Below are positions 1 to 8,075 of a DNA stretch of 24,000 nucleotides, one piece after another. The stretch covers positions 151,676-175,675 of the forward strand of contig NZ_MRDL01000036.1 of NCBI RefSeq assembly GCF_002008365.1. The letters run 5' to 3'. Each line of letters opens with the position of its first letter. Within the stretch, counting starts at the first letter, position 1. This DNA is from Rhizobium leguminosarum bv. viciae USDA 2370 (lineage in GTDB: Bacteria; Pseudomonadota; Alphaproteobacteria; Rhizobiales; Rhizobiaceae). A program made the position numbers and the translations under genes. The notes under the pieces are model-generated. The model was given only the letters and a program-made list of their open reading frames with translations, was not told where the DNA came from and did no database searches.

Positions 1-361
1 TTGCTGCCAGAACACCGGCGGTTAGGAGCGGCTGGGCGCGGATCAGGCCGAGCCCGACCGTTGCCAGCGATTCCACCGCAGCACGGCGTTCACGGGCGCG
101 GCGTGCTTCCCGGGTGTTGATGATCGACATCGCGACCAGGGCGATGATGGCGATCAGCAGCGCGCAGGCGGCCAGGAAGAGGGCAGCCCCGACTGGGCCG
201 TAGATGGCGGCGAGCCAGATGGCGCCTGCGGTGACGGCCAGCGCGTAGGCGGTGAGAAGGAAGAGCACGGCAAGCGCAATGAAGATGCTATTGCGCTTGG
301 CGCGCACAACGGTCCGGTGCACGCTTGCGCCCGTCAGCAGGCTGAGGATCGAAAACAGCAT
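1..361 (-). CDS. Small membrane protein, possibly phage holin / DUF1469-like family (C-terminus outside window)
   Basis: Open minus-strand frame from ATG at 361 (MLFSILSLLTGASVHRTVVRAKRNSIFIALAVLFLLTAYALAVTAAGAIWLAAI...) with two hydrophobic helices, running off the left edge; adjacent to a DUF883-like gene, a common pairing in rhizobia. Confidence 0.6.
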   Translation of the reverse strand, partial: MLFSILSLLTGASVHRTVVRAKRNSIFIALAVLFLLTAYALAVTAGAIWLAAIYGPVGAALFLAACALLIAIIALVAMSIINTREARRARERRAAVESLATVGLGLIRAQPLLTAGVLAA

Positions 362-370
362 CGCGCTTCC

Positions 371-715
371 TCAGCGCCGGGCGAGGAAGGCGATGGCAAG
401 GCCGAAAGCGGCTGCGGCGCCGATGGTTGCCAGCGGATGCTTGCGTACGGTATCGCGCATTTCCGTCGCGCCGCGCTCATAGCCGTGCTGCAATTCGCGC
501 AGCAGATCCTCGCTGCGGCCAAGCAGTTCTTCGTAGCCGGCGCCGGCCTGGCTGCGGATTTTCTCGCCTTGGTGGCGCGAGCTCTTGCCGACGAGGCGCG
601 TCAGTTCCGCGAGTTCATCGCGCAGCGCCTCGATCTGCTCCTCGATGCCGGATTCCAGATTGTGGAAGGTGCCGTTGCGGCGGCTGCGGGCGGACTGGAA
701 GATAGAATAGCTCAT
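371..715 (-). CDS. DUF883 / ElaB-YqjD-like inner membrane-anchored protein
   Basis: ORF MSYSIFQSARSRRNGTFHNLESGIEEQIEALRDELAELTRLV...RKHPLATIGAAAAFGLAIAFLARR: coiled-coil N-terminus and a single C-terminal TM with glycine/alanine motif typical of the family. Internal ATG at 715 chosen. Confidence 0.7.
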   Translation of the reverse strand: MSYSIFQSARSRRNGTFHNLESGIEEQIEALRDELAELTRLVGKSSRHQGEKIRSQAGAGYEELLGRSEDLLRELQHGYERGATEMRDTVRKHPLATIGAAAAFGLAIAFLARR

Positions 716-862
716 GGCTGTCTCCATTGGCTGGGGCGCGCGCAAGCCCGCCTGTTTCGCACGAGGGTCACCACCGTCCGTTGCATGAATGATATCGCCC
801 GGCATTGACCCAGATCATGCCAAAAACGTGCCGGACGATCAAAAGTTCCGCCGGAGCAGTGC

Positions 863-1657
863 TCAGGGGCGGGAAACGGCACTGTGGGCGAGCACGAAGG
901 GCGTACCGTCGGCCGGCACTTGGTTGATGCGCAGCGCGCAACCGAAGACCGAGAGCATCGTTTCGTCCGTCAGCACCTCAACGATGCTGCCGGCGGCCGC
1001 GAGCCGGCCGGATTTCATCAGCACGATGCGGTCGGCAAAGAGCGCCGTCAGATTGAGATCGTGCATGACGGCGATGACACCGCCGCCGCGTTCGCAGAAA
1101 TTGCGCGCGAGCGTCATGATGGTCAACTGGTGGCTGATGTCGAGGCTCGAGACCGGTTCGTCGAGCAGTAGCCAGCAGGGCTTACCGTCGACGACGGGCT
1201 CGGCGATCTGGCAGAGAACGCGGGCAAGCTGCACACGCTGCTGCTCGCCGCCGGAGAGCTCCTGATAGAAACGGCCTTCGAAGCCGGTCAAGTCGACGGA
1301 GGCTAGTGCTGCGGCGGCCGTCTGCTCGGCCTTGTCGGGATGCAGGTTGAGGCCTGATGTCAGGCCCATGCGGACGATCTCGCGCACGGTAAAGGGAAAG
1401 GAGATGGTGCTCGCCTGCGGCAGCACACCACGAATGGCGGCAAGCTGCCAGGGTTTCAGCCCCTTCACCTCGTCGCCGCCGATGCGCACCGAGCCGCCAT
1501 AGGCAAGTTCGCCGGAGATGGCTTTCATCGTCGTCGTCTTACCGGAGCCGTTCGGCCCGGCAATCGCCGTCAGTTCGCCGGCCTTTGCCGTGAAGGCGAC
1601 GTCGCTGATGATGGTCTTGCCGGAAAGGCGCACGGAGACGCCGGAAACTTCGATCAT
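863..1657 (-). CDS. hmuV: Haem ABC transporter ATP-binding protein HmuV
   Basis: Walker A GPNGSGKTT, signature LSGGEQQRVQLARVL, Walker B WLLLDEP; last gene of the hmu operon; 264 aa. Confidence 0.92.
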   Translation of the reverse strand: MIEVSGVSVRLSGKTIISDVAFTAKAGELTAIAGPNGSGKTTTMKAISGELAYGGSVRIGGDEVKGLKPWQLAAIRGVLPQASTISFPFTVREIVRMGLTSGLNLHPDKAEQTAAAALASVDLTGFEGRFYQELSGGEQQRVQLARVLCQIAEPVVDGKPCWLLLDEPVSSLDISHQLTIMTLARNFCERGGGVIAVMHDLNLTALFADRIVLMKSGRLAAAGSIVEVLTDETMLSVFGCALRINQVPADGTPFVLAHSAVSRP

Positions 1658-1693
1658 CTAAATGTCACTCACGGGGTCACTCACCGGGGTCAC

Positions 1694-2806
1694 TCACAGG
1701 GCAAGGCGCGAACGCTGCCTCAGCAGGATCCATAGGAAGAACGGGCCGCCGACCGCCGCGGTGATGATGCCGATCGGCAGTTCGGCCGGGGCAACCAGGG
1801 TGCGCGCCAGGACATCCGCGAAGATCAGCAGAGAGCCGCCGAGCAGTGCTGCGGCCGGCAGCAGGAAACGATGGTCGGGGCCGATCGCCATACGCAGGAT
1901 ATGCGGCACGACGATCCCGACGAAACCGATACCGCCGCTGACGGCGACGGACGCGCCGGTCGCCGCGGCGACGCCGACGATCGCGACATTCTTCAGCCGC
2001 TGCACCGGCACGCCCATATGAAAGGCGGCCGCCTCGCCGAGCGTGATGGCATTGAGGCCGCGGGCCATGAAGGGCAGGGCGGTGAAGGACAACAGGATGA
2101 TCGGGCTGGCGGCAGCGATCTTCGTCCATGTGGCGCCGGCAAGCGAGCCCATGCTCCAGAAGGTCAGGTCGCGCAGCTGCTGGTCGTTGGCCATGTAGAT
2201 CAGCAAGCCTGTTATGGCGAGGGCGAGCGCACCGAGCGCGATGCCGGCAAGCAGCATTGTCGCAACCGAGGTCTGACCATGACGGGTGGCGATCCTGTAG
2301 AGCAGTAGCGTCGTGACGAGGCCGCCGCCGAAAGCGGCCGCCGGCAGAGCGTAGATGCCGAGAAGCGCCTGGAGCGGAGCTGCAAGGCCGCTGCCGAGCA
2401 CGATCATCGCGACCGCGCCGAGGCTTGCGCCGGAGGAGACGCCGACCAGGCCGGGATCGGCCAGCGGATTGCGGAACAGGCCCTGCATCACCGTGCCGGA
2501 GACGGCCAGCGAGGCGCCGATCAGGAAGCCAAGAATCGCCCTGGGCAGGCGGATATCGAAGATGATGATCCGGTCACGCGTGCTGAGCGCCGTCTCAGAG
2601 CCGGCCATGTTGCTGATGACGTCGAGGATCGAGGCATCCGAGGCGCCTGTCGTCACCGAAAACAGCATCGAAAAGACCGAGCCGGCGACGAGCAGCGCGA
2701 TCGCCAGCAAGGCGAGCCGCGTCCTGTCGCCCGCCTGCCTGATTTCGCGGATGTCCGCCATCGGGAATGGTCGCCTTCGTTCCGCCATGGCTTGCGGCAG
2801 GGCCAT
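1694..2806 (-). CDS. hmuU: FecCD-family haem/iron ABC transporter permease HmuU
   Basis: MADIREIRQAGDRTRLALLAIALL... DIRLPRAILGFLIGASLAVSGTVMQGLFRNPLADPGLVGVSSGA...; FecCD permease motifs. True start may be the internal ATG at 2761. Confidence 0.92.
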   Translation of the reverse strand: MALPQAMAERRRPFPMADIREIRQAGDRTRLALLAIALLVAGSVFSMLFSVTTGASDASILDVISNMAGSETALSTRDRIIIFDIRLPRAILGFLIGASLAVSGTVMQGLFRNPLADPGLVGVSSGASLGAVAMIVLGSGLAAPLQALLGIYALPAAAFGGGLVTTLLLYRIATRHGQTSVATMLLAGIALGALALAITGLLIYMANDQQLRDLTFWSMGSLAGATWTKIAAASPIILLSFTALPFMARGLNAITLGEAAAFHMGVPVQRLKNVAIVGVAAATGASVAVSGGIGFVGIVVPHILRMAIGPDHRFLLPAAALLGGSLLIFADVLARTLVAPAELPIGIITAAVGGPFFLWILLRQRSRLAL

Positions 2807-2808
2807 GA

Positions 2809-3738
2809 TCAGCCCCCGTAGATCGCCGAGTTGAGCTCACGTGCGGCGGCTGCGGTGCGCGGGCCGAAGCCGAGCAGGTAGACGCCGTCCATTCGGATGA
2901 TCGCTTTTTTCTCGCCTGCCGGCGTCAGCACGATCGCCGGCTGAGCCAGCAGGTCCTCGTTCTTGGTACCGGCGCCATCGCCGCGGTTCATCATCAGGAT
3001 GATATCGGGCTTGGCTTCGATGATCGCCTCGTCCGTCAGCGGCTTATAGCCCGGGAATGCGCCGACGGCGTTGATGGCGCCGGCGAGCTTGACGATCCCA
3101 TCGGCGGCCGTGCCGGTGCCCGATGCCATGATCCGGCCGTTCTGGGCGCTGAGGATGAAGAGAACGCGCTTGCGTTCGGCCTCCGGGCGCTTTTCGGCAT
3201 CGGCGATCGCCGCGTCGAGATCGGCCGCGACCTTTTCTTCAAGTGCCTTCGCCTTGTCGGGCACGCCAAGCAGCGTGCCGACACGGTCGATCTTGGCGAT
3301 GATACCGTCGCGGGTAAAGGCGCTCGGCACGGTTTCGAAGGGCACGCTGGCATTCTTCAGCACGGTCAGCGCCTCCTGCGGGCCTGAACCGTCGACGGCG
3401 ATGATCGCCGTCGGGTTCATGGCGAGGATGCCTTCCGGCGAGAGCGCGCGCATGTAACCGACGTTGGGCAGCTTCAACGCCGCCTCCGGATACATGCTCG
3501 TCGTGTCGCGGGCAATCAGCCGGCTTTCTTCGCCGAGCGCATAGACGATCTCGGTGATGTCGCCACCGACCGAAACCAGGCGCGAGGTGTCGAGCTTCTT
3601 TTCGTCAGCGTGGGCGGCGCGGACGAAGGCGAAGCCTTCGATTGGGCGCGCCGTCGGGATCAGCGGCAGCGCCATGACGGCCGCCGTCAGGGCCAGTTCC
3701 CAAGGGCGGATCCGGCGCAGATTGTTACGCATCGTCAT
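2809..3738 (-). CDS. hmuT: Haem ABC transporter periplasmic-binding protein HmuT
   Basis: MTMRNNLRRIRPWELALTAAVMALPL... signal-like N-terminus, RLVSVGGDITEIVYALGEESRLIARDTTSMYPEAALKLPNVGYMRALSPEGILAMNPT, typical of HmuT/periplasmic haem-binding proteins. Confidence 0.9.
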   Translation of the reverse strand: MTMRNNLRRIRPWELALTAAVMALPLIPTARPIEGFAFVRAAHADEKKLDTSRLVSVGGDITEIVYALGEESRLIARDTTSMYPEAALKLPNVGYMRALSPEGILAMNPTAIIAVDGSGPQEALTVLKNASVPFETVPSAFTRDGIIAKIDRVGTLLGVPDKAKALEEKVAADLDAAIADAEKRPEAERKRVLFILSAQNGRIMASGTGTAADGIVKLAGAINAVGAFPGYKPLTDEAIIEAKPDIILMMNRGDGAGTKNEDLLAQPAIVLTPAGEKKAIIRMDGVYLLGFGPRTAAAARELNSAIYGG

Positions 3739-3749
3739 CGTTGCGATCC

Positions 3750-4799
3750 TTATGCGGCCACGCTTGCTGCCCGCGGCAGGTTTTCCATGATCTCGCGCCA
3801 TGCGGCGCGTTCGTCGGAACCTTCCTGCCGCTTGCCGAAGAACTGGATGATCATCTCGCCTTCTGCGTTGTAAGCCTCCAGCGAGGTGACGTGGCCGTCC
3901 GTGGTCGGCTTGCGCACGGCCCAGGTCTCGGCGATGTGATCCTGGCGCAGATGCAGGTGGAAAGTCGGGTCCATGATATTGATCCACGGGCCCATCGACT
4001 GCACGTTGAAGATCGGGCCGGAATGGATCTGGACGATGCCGTCATTGGCGACAAAGCACATGATCGGCAGGCCAGATTTCACAGAGGCATGCATCATCTC
4101 TGCCGTTGCGCTGTTGTCGAGCCTCCAGGCATAGTCGTCGCCGACAGTGCGCACCGCCGCCTGGCGGCCGATCTTCAGGCGCTTCAGCATGCCGAAGAAC
4201 TGATGCGTATCGGTGAGCTTGCTCCAGTTGTCGCGCAGTTCGTCGCGGCTGACGTCGGCAGTATCATCGGCGGCGTTCGAGGTTTCAGCCTCGACAAATT
4301 CCTGCGATTGGTCTTCCAGCTTCAACTCGGCGACGATCGCGTGATAGGCCTCGACATTCGAGCTCGGGCGCAGGTGCACCTTGTGCACGGCGTTGCCTGT
4401 TTTGTCGAAATATTGCAGGCTGAGGCGCTCCTGGTCGCCATCCTTCTTGGATACGGCGAAACCATGCTCCCAGCGGCTCGGGAAGATGCGCAGGTCGATA
4501 TTCTCGCCGAGAACGATCGCGGCCTGCGCACCGCTCTTGATGTTTTCGAAGACACCGATCTTCTCGTGCACGGCACTTTCGTTGCGCGACAGCGCCATCA
4601 CTTCGCCGAGGCCGGCCACGCGTTCGAGAAGCTTCAGTGCGCTGCCATCGATGCGGGTCACGCTGATGCCGGTTTCGGCGGCGACGAGGGCTGCCTCGGA
4701 AATCTTCAGCTGCGCGGCGATATCGCGCTCGCGCATTTTCGGATTCTCGGCGCGAAACGTACGGATTTCGGCTGGCGCCGGTCTTGTCTGTTCGGTCAT
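3750..4799 (-). CDS. hmuS: Hemin-degrading factor / haem chaperone HmuS
   Basis: 349 aa with duplicated HemS/HmuS architecture (GLGEVMALSRNESAVHEKIGVFENI..., FFGMLKRLKIGRQAAVRTVGDDYAWRLDN...); second gene in the hmu operon. Confidence 0.92.
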   Translation of the reverse strand: MTEQTRPAPAEIRTFRAENPKMRERDIAAQLKISEAALVAAETGISVTRIDGSALKLLERVAGLGEVMALSRNESAVHEKIGVFENIKSGAQAAIVLGENIDLRIFPSRWEHGFAVSKKDGDQERLSLQYFDKTGNAVHKVHLRPSSNVEAYHAIVAELKLEDQSQEFVEAETSNAADDTADVSRDELRDNWSKLTDTHQFFGMLKRLKIGRQAAVRTVGDDYAWRLDNSATAEMMHASVKSGLPIMCFVANDGIVQIHSGPIFNVQSMGPWINIMDPTFHLHLRQDHIAETWAVRKPTTDGHVTSLEAYNAEGEMIIQFFGKRQEGSDERAAWREIMENLPRAASVAA

Positions 4800-4807
4800 G
4801 TCCTACC

Positions 4808-4990
4808 CTACTTATTGAGAATGAGCTTGCCCTGACGGGTGATCTTCAGGCGATAGACCAAGCCGTCGTGTCTAATCATGATCTCGTTCGTGCCGCGGAA
4901 GAGATCCGCGCTTTCGACGATCCGGTGCTGCGCCGCAGGCTCGCTCTGCAGCGGCACGTGCTTAAAGTTATCTGGCTTTTCAACCATCAT
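4808..4990 (-). CDS. hmuP: Hemin uptake protein HmuP
   Basis: MVEKPDNFKHVPLQ...HRIVESADLFRGTNEIMIRHDGLVYRLKITRQGKLILNK; the SADLF.G..EI.I.H.G..YRLR.TR.GKLILNK pattern is typical of HmuP. Located immediately upstream of hmuS. Confidence 0.9.
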   Translation of the reverse strand: MMVEKPDNFKHVPLQSEPAAQHRIVESADLFRGTNEIMIRHDGLVYRLKITRQGKLILNK

Positions 4991-5050
4991 TTCAGTTGGC
5001 AATTCCGCGAGACCGGTGATCAGGGTCCCCGGTTGTGATGACAATTATCT

Positions 5051-5065
5051 TGACTTTCTTACTCA
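5051..5065. promoter_or_regulatory. Candidate iron-responsive (IRO / RirA-type) box TGA-N9-TCA between hmuP and the tonB unit
   Basis: Sequence TGACTTTCTTACTCA matches TGA-N9-TCA exactly. Overlaps plus-strand -35-like TTGACT (5050-5055), which is 17 nt from TTAAAG. The motif is loose and can occur by chance. Confidence 0.5.
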
Positions 5066-5151
5066 TAGTTTTTTAAAGACGCAATAGGAGACTAATATAG
5101 TCAAGTTTTTGAGATTGCTGATATGAAGCCGCCTGGCGGCGGTTCGCGACA

Positions 5152-5589
5152 ATGGCGGAGAAGATGATGACGGTTAGGTTTGCGGCTGTTGCAGCCGGCG
5201 TGGTGATGGCGGTTTCAAGCGTATGCCAGGCGCAGGATGCCGCAACCGCCAAGCTGGATGTCGAACTCAACGCTTTGGCGCCGTCGCAAAAGGGCTGCAT
5301 GATGACCTTCGTCGCCGAGAACAATCTTCAGGCGCCGATCAGCAAGATCTCCTTCGAGCTCGCTTTCTTCAACGACAAGAATGCCGTCGACCGCATCACC
5401 GTGCTCGATTTCCGCGATCTGCCGCAGGGCAAGAAGCGCGTGCGCCAGTTCGATATGCCGAATGTGAAGTGCGAGACGGTCACGCGCATCATCATCAACG
5501 ACACGCCGGTCTGCGACGGCCCGGCGACGGGCGAATGCATGAAGGGTCTTGTTACCCGTTCACAGATTTCCGTTCCCTTCGAGGGCTAA
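5152..5589 (+). CDS. Secreted/periplasmic conserved hypothetical protein upstream of tonB
   Basis: N-terminal signal peptide (MMTVRFAAVAAGVVMAVSSVCQAQDA), Cys-containing mature region; GC-rich codon structure consistent with coding. Start may be 5164 or 5167. Confidence 0.8.
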   Translation: MAEKMMTVRFAAVAAGVVMAVSSVCQAQDAATAKLDVELNALAPSQKGCMMTFVAENNLQAPISKISFELAFFNDKNAVDRITVLDFRDLPQGKKRVRQFDMPNVKCETVTRIIINDTPVCDGPATGECMKGLVTRSQISVPFEG

Positions 5590-5644
5590 GAATACGCTGG
5601 GAATGAATCCCGGCGGGCATGGTCAGACTGTCCGAGGCATACAA

Positions 5645-6967
5645 ATGGCAATTTCAGCGAAGTCCAGATCGAGACAGGTGCTCATCGGGGAGCCGGACGC
5701 TGACGGCAGTCTGAACGACAATAACATGCATCCCGGCCACGAGCTTTCCGACCTGCGCAATGTGCAGCGGCAGCCGGCTGGCGAGGCGGTGGTCCACTAT
5801 GCGCGTTTCGCGCAGATACCCGCCTTTCCCGATCATCCGGAAGCCGAGCCGATAGCCTCCGTTCCTGCGCCGCCGATCGATGCGGCGGTGGAAAAGCAGG
5901 AGGACGAGAAGAAGCCGGTGCGGCGACGGGTGGCGCTGACTTGTATTGGTTCGTTCTTTTTTCATGCGGGTCTGGTGGTTGCTCTTAGCGTGTTCATGCC
6001 GACGCCGCCGAACGAAGCGATTGAAGATGCTGGTGAGGCTGTCAGCGTCGTCGTGTATGGCGACTCTGACGTTGACCAGACATCGGCCGGCGATCCAGAG
6101 TTACAGCGCCAGCCCGAGCAAGTTGCCTCGGAGGAGGTTGAGCCGGATACAGTTCAATCGGAGGAGGCCACCGAACTAAATGCCACGACCGTGCCGCCGG
6201 AGCAGGCCCAGCCGGTCGAAACTGAAACGATGGAGACCGTTCAGTCGGTGCAGGAAGTTACGCGGGTTTCCCCTGAGGCCGTTGTTGCCGCCGAGCCAGA
6301 GGTGCTTGTCTCCGAGAGCCCTGCAGAATCTTTCGTCGCTCAGCCGATGGCAACGGCTGTGCCCGAACAGCCCATGCCTGATATCGCGCAGGCAACAGTA
6401 CCGGAAGAAGTAGTGCCAACGGCTGTCCAGCCCACCGCAGTTCCGCCGGAAGAAGTAAAGACTGTCGAAGTGTCGCCGGAACCTGAAGACAAACCGAAGC
6501 CGAAGGCTGAAAAACCGAAACCCGTTGAAAAGAAGCAGTCTCAGAAGAGGGCCAAGCCTGCTGGTGGGAAAGAGGGCTCAGATCGTGAGGACTCGACGAG
6601 GGGCACGGTGAACGGCCAGCACGGGCCGCAAACTGACGGCACGTCAACCACGACAGGCGGAACTGATGGTATGGGAAGTGCTGCCGTAGCCAACTACCCT
6701 GGTAAGATACAGAAGCGGATCCGTCGCGCTGTTCGCGTGCCTGATGAATACAAAAACAAGAGCGACGGTATGACGGTAAGGATTCAATTGACGATTAACG
6801 GAACAGGCAGGGTAGCGTCGGTTTCTGTTGCTCGCAGTTCGGGTATTGCAGAGTTGGATAAAGCTGTTCTGGATGGTGTGCGGCGCGCGGCGCCGTTTCC
6901 GCCGCTACCCTCGGAGTGGGGTAAGCCTAGCTGGACTTTCACCCAGGAAGTTCAGGTCACTAGATAA
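5645..6967 (+). CDS. tonB: Energy transducer TonB, with long acidic/proline-rich linker
   Basis: N-terminal TM (VALTCIGSFFFHAGLVVALSVFM), Pro/Glu/Lys-rich periplasmic linker, C-terminal TonB domain (YPGKIQKRIRRAVRVPDEYKNKSDGMTVRIQLTINGTGRVASVSVARSSGIAELDKAVLDGVRRAAPFPPLP). Confidence 0.9.
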   Translation: MAISAKSRSRQVLIGEPDADGSLNDNNMHPGHELSDLRNVQRQPAGEAVVHYARFAQIPAFPDHPEAEPIASVPAPPIDAAVEKQEDEKKPVRRRVALTCIGSFFFHAGLVVALSVFMPTPPNEAIEDAGEAVSVVVYGDSDVDQTSAGDPELQRQPEQVASEEVEPDTVQSEEATELNATTVPPEQAQPVETETMETVQSVQEVTRVSPEAVVAAEPEVLVSESPAESFVAQPMATAVPEQPMPDIAQATVPEEVVPTAVQPTAVPPEEVKTVEVSPEPEDKPKPKAEKPKPVEKKQSQKRAKPAGGKEGSDREDSTRGTVNGQHGPQTDGTSTTTGGTDGMGSAAVANYPGKIQKRIRRAVRVPDEYKNKSDGMTVRIQLTINGTGRVASVSVARSSGIAELDKAVLDGVRRAAPFPPLPSEWGKPSWTFTQEVQVTR

Positions 6968-6969
6968 TA

Positions 6970-6984
6970 TGATAAAAGTAATCA
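6970..6984. promoter_or_regulatory. Candidate IRO / RirA-type box TGA-N9-TCA upstream of the DUF2325-IsdG-like cluster
   Basis: TGATAAAAGTAATCA in an AT-rich intergenic stretch, just upstream of -10-like TATACT (6989-6994). Confidence 0.45.
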
Positions 6985-7074
6985 ACTTTATACTTTACTC
7001 TAAAAATCAAGTTTAATAAGGTCCGCTCGCACACGCAGGAATCGTGTGACGATCAACGAGCGAACGGGTGGTAT

Positions 7075-7482
7075 ATGGCTCGCAAGGGCAAGAAGGGTTC
7101 GAACCGGGAGGTCCGCGACAGCGCGGGCGAGGACGCCGGTCAGGCATCCCTTGGGCGATCCAAACTGGATGGCCGCAGTTTCCTCTATGTCGGCGGCCGT
7201 GACTGCCAGGTGGCGCATCTTCGCCAGATCTGCAGCAATTTCGGCGCCGAGCTCATTCATCACGACGGCGGCTTACGCGAAGCGGTTTCGCGCATCGATA
7301 CCGTCCTTCCCTCGGTCGACTGCGTGTTCTGCCCGATCGACTGTATCAGCCACGATGCCTGCCTGCGCGTGAAGACCGGCTGCAAGAAGTTCGGCAAGGC
7401 CTTCATCCCGCTTCGCAACGGCAGCAAGTCCAGCCTGGAGCGTGCGCTGCAGACGATGAACGAACGAGACAATTCCCGATGA
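7075..7482 (+). CDS. DUF2325 domain-containing, cysteine-rich protein
   Basis: GRSFLYVGGRDCQVAHLRQICSNFGAELIHHDGG...DCVFCPIDCISHDACLRVKTGCKKFGKAFIPLRNGSKSSLERAL; GG..., HHDGG, D-V-ISH, CK+ and S pattern of DUF2325. Confidence 0.8.
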   Translation: MARKGKKGSNREVRDSAGEDAGQASLGRSKLDGRSFLYVGGRDCQVAHLRQICSNFGAELIHHDGGLREAVSRIDTVLPSVDCVFCPIDCISHDACLRVKTGCKKFGKAFIPLRNGSKSSLERALQTMNERDNSR

Positions 7483-7751
7483 ACGACCAGCGCCCCGACG
7501 GCTTCACCATGATCGGCCTGCACAAGCTTGCCGCGCAGACAGGCGAGGGCCTCGTGCCCGAACTCTACGAGCTTTTCCAGCAGCATGCCGAACGCCAGCA
7601 GATCTACCAGAATGTGATGTTCTTTCCGACCTGGGAAGCGCGCATGCCCGGAGAGGTGGCAACAAGACCGCTTGGCCCGGCGGCGGCAAACGGCGATAAT
7701 GTTCTCGCCTTTCCCTCGCGTGCGGCAAGGGCGGGCAAGAGGAAGGCGTAA
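7479..7751 (+). CDS. Conserved hypothetical protein (90 aa)
   Basis: MNDQRPDGFTMIGLHKLAAQTGEGLVPELYELFQQHAERQQIYQNVMFFPTWEARMPGEVATRPL...; ATGA overlap with the upstream gene supports coding. Confidence 0.75.
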   Translation: MNDQRPDGFTMIGLHKLAAQTGEGLVPELYELFQQHAERQQIYQNVMFFPTWEARMPGEVATRPLGPAAANGDNVLAFPSRAARAGKRKA

Positions 7752-7760
7752 GGAGATTTC

Positions 7761-8075
7761 ATGTATATCGCAATGAACCGCTTCAAGGTTGCAACCGGGA
7801 GCGAAGGCGATTTCGAGACGGTCTGGCGCAATCGCGATTCCAGCCTGCCCGAGGTGCCCGGTTTCGTCGAATTCCGCCTGCTGCGCGGCAAGGTCAACGA
7901 CGAGGAAGGCTACACGCTCTATTCCTCGCACACGGTCTGGAAAAGCGAGGCGGATTTTCAGAACTGGACGAAGTCCGAGAGCTTTCGTGCAGCGCACCGC
8001 AATGCCGGCGATCACAAGGCGATCTACAAGGGACCGCCAGTCTTCGAAGGCTTCAACGTCGTCGACGGCATATGA
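7761..8075 (+). CDS. IsdG/HmuD-like haem-degrading monooxygenase (antibiotic biosynthesis monooxygenase fold)
   Basis: MYIAMNRFKVATGSEGDFETVWRNRDSSLPEVPGFVEFRLLRG...YTLYSSHTVWKSEADFQNWTKSESFRAAHRNAG; Asn6, Trp69 and His79 align with the Asn-Trp-His catalytic triad spacing of IsdG-type enzymes. AGGAG Shine-Dalgarno upstream. Confidence 0.82.
   Translation: MYIAMNRFKVATGSEGDFETVWRNRDSSLPEVPGFVEFRLLRGKVNDEEGYTLYSSHTVWKSEADFQNWTKSESFRAAHRNAGDHKAIYKGPPVFEGFNVVDGI

Noticed and set aside
2809-3987. Full-length 392-aa ORF as the HmuT start
   Set aside because: The upstream extension overlaps hmuS by over 200 bp in another frame and has non-coding character; the ATG at 3738 precedes a signal-peptide-like sequence.
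3741-4835. 364-aa plus-strand ORF opposite hmuS
   Set aside because: Entirely antisense to the well-supported hmuS; sequence is low-complexity and Arg/His/Asp-biased with no domain.
7030-7048. CACACG-N7-CGTGTG inverted repeat upstream of the DUF2325 gene
   Set aside because: 6-bp arms with 7-nt loop and no independent support; may be a minor leader structure.
7260-8015. 251-aa minus-strand ORF antisense to the DUF2325, 90-aa and IsdG-like genes
   Set aside because: The sense strand carries recognised domains and overlapping start/stop codons; long antisense ORFs are common in high-GC DNA.
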